Source: Dehalococcoidia bacterium (GTDB taxonomy: Bacteria; Chloroflexota; Dehalococcoidia; Lucifugimonadales; UBA3495). Taken from it: a stretch of DNA of 64,000 nucleotides. How positions within the stretch are numbered: the first letter of the stretch is position 1; each line of letters opens with the position of its first letter. Where the stretch lies: the NCBI GenBank assembly GCA_965222025.1, contig CBDCTI010000007.1, positions 555,339 through 619,338 on the forward strand. The letters run 5' to 3'. The position numbers and the translations under genes are program-made. The notes below the pieces were generated by a model, which saw only the letters and a list, made by a program, of their open reading frames with translations, did not search any database and had not been told where the DNA came from. Below are positions 56,314 through 64,000 of this stretch, piece after piece.

Positions 56314-56486
56314 CTGCTCGACGCCCCTGCCACTGCCGCGACATCTCCGCGGCCTTTCTGTATCTCGCCCAGGATAGACCAGTTGTGTTGAATCAGAGCC
56401 CGGTAAGCCCCATCACGGAAAGTTCTTTCGAGCCTGTCGATTTCTCAAGTTGATCACGCAGACATCTCACACCCGGGCGATCACCC

Positions 56487-57503
56487 CTAGAAGTCTGCCA
56501 GCCCGTCTCCCTTGACCAGCGCCACCGCCAAGCGGATCGACTCGAGCATGCTGGTGTGCGTGGCTATGCCCTTCCCGGCAATGTCGAACGCGGTGCCGTG
56601 GTCCACTGAGGTTCTGACGAACGGCAGGCCCAGGTTGGCCGTGATGCTCACTTCGAACCCGTATACCTTGACCGGGATATGGCCCTGGTCATGGTACATC
56701 GCCAGCACCGCGTCGTATCGGTCTTCCGCCGCGTGGTGGAAAACGATATCCGCCGGTATGGGCCCGAAGGCGTTGATGCCCTCGAAGCATGCCGCCTCTA
56801 CTGCCGGTGCGATCTCGTCGGCCTCCTCGTTGCCCAGCAGGCCCCCGTCGCTCCCGTGGGGGTTCAGGGCAGCAGCCGCGATCCGCGGCTGCTGGAAGCC
56901 GTACTTGACGAACGCCTCGTGGGTCAACCGGAGGTAGTCGAGGATCCGGTCCTTCTTCACGTAGTCGCAGGCCACTCGAAGCGACCGGTGCGTCGTCAGA
57001 TGCACCACGCGCAGGTTTCGCGCCATCAGCATGGTGGCCACGGTCTTCGACCCGGATAGTTCCTGCAGCAGCTCCATATGGCCGATGGACTTGTACCCAG
57101 CTAGGCTGGCCGCCTCCTTGTTCAGCGGCGCCGTCGCCAACCCGTCGACCGCCCCGGCCATGGCCAGCTCACCCGCCCGGGTGACCCACTCCATCGCCGC
57201 CTTGCCGCACGTCGGGTTGATCTCGCCAACGGTTATGTCTTCGGGATTCAGGTTCCCAATGTCCAGCACATCCACCACCGCGCTGTCCATCCCGGCCGAC
57301 GCAGGATCCTTCGGCTGCGCCACCCGCAGCGGCACGCCAGTCAGCGCCACTGCCTGCTCCATAGCGTAGCTGCTCCCCACCACCAGCGGCCGGCACGACT
57401 CATAGACGCGGGGATCAGCAAGCGCCTTGGCCACCACCTCTGGGCCAATTCCGCACGGGTCCCCCATCGTGATTGCTATACCCGGTTTCTGACCGCTGGT
57501 CAT
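56487..57503 (-). CDS. pdxA: 4-hydroxythreonine-4-phosphate dehydrogenase
   Basis: ITMGDPCGIGPEV and the HGTAFDIAGKGIA signature. The start is taken at MTSGQKPG. Confidence 0.88.
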   Translation of the reverse strand: MTSGQKPGIAITMGDPCGIGPEVVAKALADPRVYESCRPLVVGSSYAMEQAVALTGVPLRVAQPKDPASAGMDSAVVDVLDIGNLNPEDITVGEINPTCGKAAMEWVTRAGELAMAGAVDGLATAPLNKEAASLAGYKSIGHMELLQELSGSKTVATMLMARNLRVVHLTTHRSLRVACDYVKKDRILDYLRLTHEAFVKYGFQQPRIAAAALNPHGSDGGLLGNEEADEIAPAVEAACFEGINAFGPIPADIVFHHAAEDRYDAVLAMYHDQGHIPVKVYGFEVSITANLGLPFVRTSVDHGTAFDIAGKGIATHTSMLESIRLAVALVKGDGLADF

Positions 57504-57731
57504 ACAGTCCTGTCCTTTTCCCCTGATTGCGGGATTGTAACACGGGCCAATCCACGCCATCCGGGGAGTGCCCGCCCGCTTTTGGCCTTTGCTCAGCGTA
57601 GTGCTTTGTCAGAGTCCGCCAATTTGTCCCGACGGTTCCGTTTGCTTGTGGGGTATGGACATTTGAGGCAGCCCTAGCGGCGATTGTACACCGGCTCTGC
57701 AACAATACCGGGGCCAGTGCCCGCTACACTC

Positions 57732-58220
57732 CTACTCCTCTACCCAGCGCCCTGCCGCAGCCCCCCAGATTTCCTCGCCTGTGTCCGCGTCGTAGAACAC
57801 GACCAACTGGTTCTGCTGTCTTTGGCCGCTGCGGTCCACGCGGTTCTCGGGACTCGTGTACGGGCCGGAAGGGAAGGATATAGGGATGTTGTCTACGACC
57901 ACCAACCAGGCCTTGCGGTTCTCCACGGGGTTGCCTCTTTTGTCCGGCCCGGCGTAGAGGCCCACTGTTGTCCTGATCTCCAGGTTTGACTGGTCGATAC
58001 CTTCCAGCAGGTTGGCCGAGCCCTCAAACACCTTGTCGATTACTTCCTCTCTCGGAATGCTGGGGACGAAGGAGGCCGCGTCCAGCCTGTGGTTCAAGGG
58101 GTCGTAGATGGCGCCGATGTCCTCGGTGCTAATCGGCTCCGAACCGGTGCACGCGAACGTGGTCAGCATGACAGCGGCCAATAGAGCGGCGAGCCCTCCC
58201 GCGATGACCCAACGCTTCAT
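57732..58220 (-). CDS. hypothetical lipoprotein
   Basis: Signal/lipobox MKRWVIAGGLAALLAAVMLTTFACTG. No family recognised. Confidence 0.55.
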   Translation of the reverse strand: MKRWVIAGGLAALLAAVMLTTFACTGSEPISTEDIGAIYDPLNHRLDAASFVPSIPREEVIDKVFEGSANLLEGIDQSNLEIRTTVGLYAGPDKRGNPVENRKAWLVVVDNIPISFPSGPYTSPENRVDRSGQRQQNQLVVFYDADTGEEIWGAAAGRWVEE

Positions 58221-58349
58221 CGCCTGATCTCTCAGATTACGAAGTCTGAGCATTTGGGGCAGCTCTCAGGCCGAGGTTTGATAAAATTCTCCCACAGGGC
58301 TATACCCCACAGGCAAACGGAACCGTCCCGACTGCTCTTCCTACACCAA

Positions 58350-58628
58350 CTACTCCTCAGGATCGATGAAGGTCGCAAAAAAGTTCATGGAATCTCGTAT
58401 TCCCCTGTAGAAGAGAGCCCTCTCTTCCGGGGAAATACCAGGCATGTCCTCCTCGTCGTCGGGGCCCATTTGGAATTCAGCAGACTCTCGTATTGATCCG
58501 ACCAACTCCCGTACATCGATGTTGGCCTTCCCTGCCAGAAACGCGACGGACAGTGAAAAAGCACTCATCATGCCAAAAAGCTGTCCGCGAAGGATTACCA
58601 GGGTTTCCTCTACTGATTCCTCTTGCAT
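58350..58628 (-). CDS. hypothetical protein
   Basis: 92-aa ORF. No family recognised. Confidence 0.4.
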   Translation of the reverse strand: MQEESVEETLVILRGQLFGMMSAFSLSVAFLAGKANIDVRELVGSIRESAEFQMGPDDEEDMPGISPEERALFYRGIRDSMNFFATFIDPEE

Positions 58629-58752
58629 CGTTCCTTCCGTTTACCCACCCATAAGTGCAGATTCTGATTGTCTGAAACAAGAAATTGGTTGAGGGCGGGG
58701 TTCCATCTGCCTCCAACCAATCAATTACCCCAGATCTGGGCCTTTCAGATTC

Positions 58753-61227
58753 CTACTCGCACTTGTTCCACCCGCAGGACACGCACATCAGGCACCCCTC
58801 CTGGTAGATCACCGGAGTGTTGCAGTCCGGGCACCGCCGACCGGTCAACGGCGCGCTGCGGTTGTCCTGCCCACTACCGTTTCCGTTGCCATTCCCGTTC
58901 CCGTGATGCACCACCTCCGGCGCGAACGCCATCTGCACTGCCTGCCCCGGCGAAACGGCCCGGCTGTCGCTGCCGTACGTCTGCCGCTCCAGCGCCAGCG
59001 CCACCGCGTCCGGGCCCGAGCGCACCAGCGTCCCCTCGTCCCACGCCGGGCAGCACGTGATGCCCCTGATCTGCTCCAGCACCGCGCTGGGGTCGATGCC
59101 CGACCGCAGCGCCAGCGACACCAGCCGCGAGATCGCCTCCAGCTGCGCCGAGTCGCACCCGCCAGCCTTGCCGAGGTTGCCGAAGACCTCGAATGGGTGG
59201 TTGTTCTCGTCGAAGTTGATGGTCACGTACATGTTGCCGTGTCCGGTCCTCACCCGCTCGGTTACCCCGTGGATCGCCTGCGGTCGGCTCCGGGGCGTGG
59301 CATGCACCGGCGCGGCCGCGATGTCGTCCATCCTCGCCGGTGTGGAAGTAGCTTCGTCCTGCCGGCCCTGTCCGGTCTCGCCCGTGCTCAGCACCTGCCC
59401 GTCCTTGCTCCCGTCCCGGTACACGGTGATGCCCTTGCACCCAAGTTCATAGGCCAGCATGTAGGCATTTGCCACATCCTCCACCGTGGCCATGTGGGGG
59501 AAGTTGATGGTCTTCGAAACCGCGTTGTCGGTATGGGCCTGCGCCGCCCCCTGCATCCGCACATGCCATTCCGGCGAGATGTCATGCGACGTGCGGAATA
59601 CTTCCTTGACCCACTGGGGAACGTCCAGCCCCTCCAGCGTGCCGGTCCGCGCGATATCCTCGATCAGCTGCTCCGAATAGAACCCCTCGTTCCGGGCAAC
59701 TGCCTCGAATATGGGGTTCCCCTCCACCAACCGGGTGTTGTCCATCACGTTGCGCACATACCCCAGCGCGAACATCGGCTCGATACCGCTGGAGGCCCCC
59801 GAAATGATGCTGATCGTCCCCGTCGGCGCGATGGTCGTCGGCGCCGAGTTTCGCATCAGCCGCACTTCCCCGCCGTCCCGGTCGTTGTAGATGCTACCTT
59901 CCCAGGCCGGGAAGGGCCCGCGTTCCAGCGCCAGTTCCATCGACGCCTGGTGCGTCCGGCTCTGGATGAACCCCATCACCCGCTCCGCCGTATCCAGGGC
60001 TTCCGGCGAGTTGTAGGGAATGGCCATCTGCACCAGCAGGTCGGCAAACCCCATCACCCCCAGCCCGATCCGCCGGGTCTTCTTGCTCATCTCGTCGATT
60101 TCCGGGATCGGGTAGCGGTTCATGTCGATGACGTTGTCCAGCATGTGCACCGCCACCTGCACCGTCTCACCCAGGCGTTCCCAGTCGATGCCGACGTCGC
60201 CATCGGCGAAGCGCACCATCCGTGCCAGGTTGATCGATGCCAGGTTGCACGACTCGTGGGGCAACAGGGGCTGCTCGCCGCACGGGTTGGTGCTCTCGAT
60301 CCTGCCCAGTTGCGGGTTGGGATTGTCCCGGTTGATCACGTCCAGGAACACCAGGCCCGGGTCGCCGGTCTTCCATGCCATATCGGCCAGCAGGTCGAAG
60401 ACCTCGCGGGCGTTCTGCTGTCCGGTCACTTTCCCTGTGCGCGGGTTGACCAGGTCGAAGTATTCCTCCCGCTTCACCTTTTCCATGAAATCGGCATTCA
60501 CGCCCACGGATATGTTGAAGTTGACCAGCGTCCGGCCGTCTTCCTTGGACTTGATGAACTTGATGATGTCGGGATGCGATACATCCAGGATGCCCATGTT
60601 GGCGCCCCGGCGGGTACCGCCCTGCTTGACCACGTCGGTGGCCGTGTCGAAGGCGCGAATGAAGCTGACCGGACCGCTGGCAACCCCACCTGTCGAGCCA
60701 ACCACGTCCCCCTCGGGCCGCAGTCGACTGAAGGCGAACCCCGTGCCGCCGCCGCTCTTGTGGATCAGCGCCGTCTGTTTGACCTTGTCGAATATGCCGT
60801 CCAGCGAGTCGTCCACGGGAAGCACGAAACAGGCGGAAAGCTGCTGCAGTTCTCGACCCGCGTTCATCAGCGTCGGCGAGTTCGGCATCAGCTCCAGCCG
60901 GCGCATGGCACGGTAGAAGCGCTCTTCCGTCGCGCGGCGCTGGTGTTCGTCGGCGCCATATTGTGTGTCGGCTTCCGACAGGTTCCTCGCCACCCGCCGG
61001 AACATCCCGTCCGCGTCTTCGAGGACATTTCCGTCCCTGTCCTTGGAAAGGTACCGGCGTTGCAGCACCACCTCGGCGTTGTCGCTCAACTCGCCGGATC
61101 GCCGGTTAATCTGGTCGGCGATTCCCGCAGCCTCCATCGCTGCGGAAATACGACGGCGGCTTTCCGGGTTGGGGTTGCTTAGTCCAGAAGCATCGGCAGT
61201 ATCTCTGATTGCAGTCATCACGCCCAC
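58753..61227 (-). CDS. nrdJ: adenosylcobalamin-dependent (class II) ribonucleotide reductase
   Basis: VLQRRYL..., NPCGEQPLLPHESCNLASINL and TIAPTGTISI motifs, with a C-terminal CPDC...CVSC zinc ribbon. An alternative ATG start lies at 61218. Confidence 0.92.
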   Translation of the reverse strand: MGVMTAIRDTADASGLSNPNPESRRRISAAMEAAGIADQINRRSGELSDNAEVVLQRRYLSKDRDGNVLEDADGMFRRVARNLSEADTQYGADEHQRRATEERFYRAMRRLELMPNSPTLMNAGRELQQLSACFVLPVDDSLDGIFDKVKQTALIHKSGGGTGFAFSRLRPEGDVVGSTGGVASGPVSFIRAFDTATDVVKQGGTRRGANMGILDVSHPDIIKFIKSKEDGRTLVNFNISVGVNADFMEKVKREEYFDLVNPRTGKVTGQQNAREVFDLLADMAWKTGDPGLVFLDVINRDNPNPQLGRIESTNPCGEQPLLPHESCNLASINLARMVRFADGDVGIDWERLGETVQVAVHMLDNVIDMNRYPIPEIDEMSKKTRRIGLGVMGFADLLVQMAIPYNSPEALDTAERVMGFIQSRTHQASMELALERGPFPAWEGSIYNDRDGGEVRLMRNSAPTTIAPTGTISIISGASSGIEPMFALGYVRNVMDNTRLVEGNPIFEAVARNEGFYSEQLIEDIARTGTLEGLDVPQWVKEVFRTSHDISPEWHVRMQGAAQAHTDNAVSKTINFPHMATVEDVANAYMLAYELGCKGITVYRDGSKDGQVLSTGETGQGRQDEATSTPARMDDIAAAPVHATPRSRPQAIHGVTERVRTGHGNMYVTINFDENNHPFEVFGNLGKAGGCDSAQLEAISRLVSLALRSGIDPSAVLEQIRGITCCPAWDEGTLVRSGPDAVALALERQTYGSDSRAVSPGQAVQMAFAPEVVHHGNGNGNGNGSGQDNRSAPLTGRRCPDCNTPVIYQEGCLMCVSCGWNKCE

Positions 61228-61504
61228 TCAAAAGTGAATAGGGATGAGGGGCGGGTACACAAGCTCCTCATCCCCTCCACTATCTAATTAACCACACACC
61301 CGGCAGCGCTGTCACTAACCAACTGTCATCAAAATTGCTCTTGGGGCAAACACACGCACATACAATATGTTGTGCTTTTGGACAGAGAGGCCACCGGATA
61401 AGGTAGCCGATTCTAGACAGAAGACGGCCTGTTTGTCAATACTTATGTAAATGCCTTTTCCAAAAATCTAGTGAAGATTTTGTGGGAAAGGCCAGCCGAA
61501 TCAA

Positions 61505-61744
61505 TCAACCAGGAGGGTCGTTGTCCCAGCCACTCTCCGGATCGTCGTCGGGTTCCAGCTCATACCCCTCAGACAACCAGCAGGTAGTCAGGCTGGCACG
61601 GTGACACCGGTCGATCCCTTCCTGTAGTTCCGCGATCCGGCCCGAAGCAACGGGCTGCCTCAGCAGGTCGGAACGCATCTCGTGGATTTCCGTGTTCAGG
61701 ACGAGCAGTCGGGCCAAGGGCGGGATCTGCAGGCTGCCATCCAT
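61505..61744 (-). CDS. hypothetical small acidic protein
   Basis: 79-aa ORF between nrdR and nrdJ. No family recognised. Confidence 0.4.
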   Translation of the reverse strand: MDGSLQIPPLARLLVLNTEIHEMRSDLLRQPVASGRIAELQEGIDRCHRASLTTCWLSEGYELEPDDDPESGWDNDPPG

Positions 61745-61756
61745 GGGGGTTACTCC

Positions 61757-62395
61757 TTATTCACCGCCCAACGTCCCCACAGCCTCACCAGAAATTTCGA
61801 CTACTTGTCCCCCGGACAGTCCCTCGTCATCTGAGATCGTTTCTTCGACCGTTCCGTTTCGGGAAGGCGTTTCCACCCTGGGGCTTCGCCTGCGCCCTCT
61901 CGTCGGGCGAACCGGAGGAGGAGGCATATCCAGCAGAGGGAGTTGCTGGCTTCCGTCCCTCAGGTCCTGCACCGCCCTCTCGAAGCTCTCCAGCTCTTGG
62001 AAGTTACGATGTACGCTGGCGAACCGGATGTAGGCCACCCAGTCCAGATCACGCAACCGGTCCATCACGGCGGTGCCCAGGTTGTCCGACGACACCTCAC
62101 CGCTGCCGTTCTGCTGGAATTGCGCCTCGATTTCGTCCACCATCCGCTCTATGGCACGGGCGTTCACCGGCCGCTTGGCGCATGCCAGGCGCAGCCCCGA
62201 CATCATCTTTTCTCGACTGAATTCCTCACGGCGACCGTCTCGCTTCGACACCATGAGCGGAGTCGTCTGCACCCGCTCGTAGGTCGTAAAGCGCCGCTGG
62301 CATTCCAGGCATTCCCTGCGCCGCCGTATGGCCGATTCCGTCTCTCTGGAATCGGTTACTCGAGAGTCCCTGTGAGAGCAATACGGGCAGTGCAT
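61757..62395 (-). CDS. nrdR: transcriptional repressor NrdR (with ~55-aa C-terminal extension)
   Basis: MHCPYCSHRDSRVTDSRE...RRRRECLECQRRFTTYE zinc ribbon plus an ATP-cone. 212 aa. Confidence 0.92.
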   Translation of the reverse strand: MHCPYCSHRDSRVTDSRETESAIRRRRECLECQRRFTTYERVQTTPLMVSKRDGRREEFSREKMMSGLRLACAKRPVNARAIERMVDEIEAQFQQNGSGEVSSDNLGTAVMDRLRDLDWVAYIRFASVHRNFQELESFERAVQDLRDGSQQLPLLDMPPPPVRPTRGRRRSPRVETPSRNGTVEETISDDEGLSGGQVVEISGEAVGTLGGE

Positions 62396-62410
62396 TAATT
62401 GCTCCCCGTA

Positions 62411-62488
62411 AATTTAAGCCCGGATTCTAAACCGGGAATTTAAGCCCGGAACCTGGACCCGGCATTTGAACCCGGAATCTGGCCCAGG
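62411..62488. repeat. 26-bp tandem repeat x3 immediately upstream of nrdR
   Basis: Units at 62411, 62437 and 62463 (aatttaagcccggattctaaaccggg and variants). Each contains a cccgg...ccggg inverted pair. Confidence 0.85.
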
Positions 62489-62592
62489 TACATCGGCCCC
62501 CGCGCCGGCACCGCCCGCTACACCATTTTGTAGGTTATTGTCAACTAGCGATACCGGCAGTTGTAGCGGCATTCTATTGGATGCCAACGGCA

Positions 62593-63269
62593 GCGTCAAC
62601 CAGCCTCCCGGCACGTCAATGGTCACTCAATTATCGGCAAACCCGTTGGCCCCGAGCTTGTCGAAGGGCCTGTCCTGAGCTTGTCGAAGGGTCGTTCGTT
62701 CATGGTTCGACAAGCTCACCGTGAACGGACCGGCAAGAATGGCCAAGCTTGTAACCGATAATCGAATGGCCCTGCCCGCCCCGTCAATTCAACGGGACCG
62801 CCTGGAACGAGGCACTGCGCTCCAGCCTGGAACCGGTCCAGCGTCTGGCCCAGGCCTCCTGGTCGGCGTCAACCAGCCTCCCGGCCCGCAATGGTCATTC
62901 GATTATCGGCAAACCCGTTGGCCCTGAGCTTGTCGAAGGGTCGTTCGTTCATGGTTCGACAAGCTAACCATGAACGGACCGGCAAGAATGGCCAAGCTTG
63001 TAACCGATAATCGAATGACCCTGCCCGCCCGTCAATTCACCGGGACCGCCTGAAACGAGGCGCTGCGCTCCAGCCCGGAACCGGTCCAGCGTCGGGCCCA
63101 GGCCTCCTGGTCGGCGTAGACCAGCCTCCCGGCCCGTCAATGGTCATTCAATTATCGGCAAACCCGTTGGCCCTGAGCTTGTCGAAGGGTCGTTCGTTCA
63201 TGGTTCGACAAGCTCACCATGAACGGACCGGCAAGAATGGCCAGGCTTGTAACCGATAATCGAATGACC
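62593..63269. repeat. tandem super-repeat (~250-270 bp x ~2.7) built from MITE-like copies B, C, D plus a conserved ~120-bp spacer
   Basis: MITE copies lie at 62621-62771, 62893-63020 and 63142-63269. They share terminal repeats ggtcattc(g/a)attatcgg / ccgataatcgaatgacc and the same core hairpin as copy A at 46177. The spacers are near-identical. Confidence 0.85.
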
Positions 63270-63677
63270 TTGGCCAGCAGCCCCAGCCCCTAAGCTGCCG
63301 GCCGATTGCAAAGCCTTTCAACCACACAAACCGTCAGTCGTGAGCAAAAAAACCATCTCAAAAGTCCCTCCTCCCTCAAGAGCAAAGTAACGATGGGTGT
63401 GATCTCTCCGGCGAACTGCCCCCAAAATCGATGCACACCAAGACTCCATTATTCCTCAGATAAGACTCCCTTAGTCCCCAGATAAAGTCCCCAGATAATT
63501 TTCAAGCTCTCCGTTAATTTCCTACCCAGCCGTCACCCCCGCCCTCAATCGCAACCCCCGCCCCAATCGCAGTCCTCGCCCCCCAATCGTCATGCCCCCC
63601 ATCGTTATCCTAGTGAAAACAGCAACCCACTGCGCCAACAACCTACGATCACCCCCCAGCTCCGCCGCCCCCAATCG

Positions 63678-64000
63678 TCATCCTCGCGAAAGCGGGGAGG
63701 TGGATTCAAATTTCAAGTGCAACACCAAGTGCAACACTTGGTCTCTGAGGTTTTTGGCAAGGATCTCGGCCGGGGTGTAGTAGCCCAGGCACTTGCGGGG
63801 AGTGTTGTTGTAGTTTTGCACCAGCTGGTCAAATCTTTCGTTGCTGATATCCGCCAGGTCCGTCTTTCTGGGCAGCACCCGGCGCATGCGCCCGATGGCG
63901 TTTTCCACTCCTCCCTTCTGCCAGGGGGAATGGGTGTCGCAGAAGAAAGTTTGCACACCCAGGTGGTGGAGGCGGTAATGGCAGGCGAATTCGGTTCCGT
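63678..64000 (-). CDS. IS30-family transposase, C-terminal part (runs off the window)
   Basis: FFCDTHSPWQKGGVENAIGRMRRVLPRKTDL...NNTPRKCLGYYTPAE matches the IS30 DDE C-terminal pattern. The frame stays open to position 64000. Confidence 0.8.
   Translation of the reverse strand, partial: GTEFACHYRLHHLGVQTFFCDTHSPWQKGGVENAIGRMRRVLPRKTDLADISNERFDQLVQNYNNTPRKCLGYYTPAEILAKNLRDQVLHLVLHLKFESTSPLSRG

Noticed and set aside
58865-58900. GN-repeat (HHGNGNGNGNGSG) region in nrdJ as a possible insertion or intein remnant
   Set aside because: This is a short low-complexity linker before the C-terminal zinc ribbon. No intein splicing motifs are present, and the protein length is normal for class II reductases.
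61277-61293. ccactatctaattaacc as a second NrdR box
   Set aside because: Only the left half matches the acaCwAtATaTwGtgt consensus, and the spacing to the other candidate is not the usual ~31-32 bp.
62593-63269. Possible CRISPR array (regularly spaced palindromic repeats)
   Set aside because: The period is ~250 bp. The repeats are 128-151 bp, and the intervening spacers are near-identical to each other. No cas genes are present. This is a tandem duplication of a MITE-like unit.

Overview
This is a high-GC bacterial chromosomal segment with about 60 protein genes and no rRNA, tRNA or CRISPR array that I can see. I could not run any search, so family calls rest on motifs read from the translations. 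Lineage is unverified; the FDKLR-type palindromic repeats only hint at Chloroflexota-like genomes.

The backbone is housekeeping:
- yebC, rimM, a KH-domain gene, rpsP and fmt at the left end
- htpX, gatC, gatA and asnS in the middle
- pepA, proC, pdxA, nrdJ and nrdR on the right

Three things stand out:
1. Metal homeostasis genes are unusually dense.
   - Locus 8949-13606 has a Fur-family (Zur-like) regulator, a ZnuA/AztC-type binding protein, an ATPase and a permease. The binding protein is interrupted by a ~380-aa propeller-like insertion exactly where the His-rich loop normally sits.
   - Locus 27153-31066 has a DtxR-family regulator and Fe3+-type ABC parts.
   - Locus 38423-46123 runs Fur-like regulator, 15-bp x ~10 repeat array, TroA-type binding protein, a 1355-aa fused CydD-CydC-like transporter with three His-rich segments, a 17-bp x 4 repeat, ATPase, permease.
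2. There is a mobile-DNA hot spot at 46177-48296. It holds a MITE-like palindrome, an IS5-family element with a -1 frameshift, and an AT-richer ~1.06-kb unit. That unit is bounded by CTAG plus IS5-like inverted repeats and carries a GIY-YIG nuclease gene and a small partner gene, but no transposase. Elsewhere, an IS1182-like element sits on the htpX stop codon, and an IS30-family transposase fragment runs off the right edge.
3. Short tandem repeats with periods of 15, 17, 17, 21, 23 and 26 bp, plus a ~250-bp super-repeat, abut gene starts or ends.

The best candidates for something undescribed are the chaperone-in-loop binding protein, the Fur / TroA / His-rich CydDC-like operon, and the GIY-YIG cargo element. 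All functional interpretations are inference.
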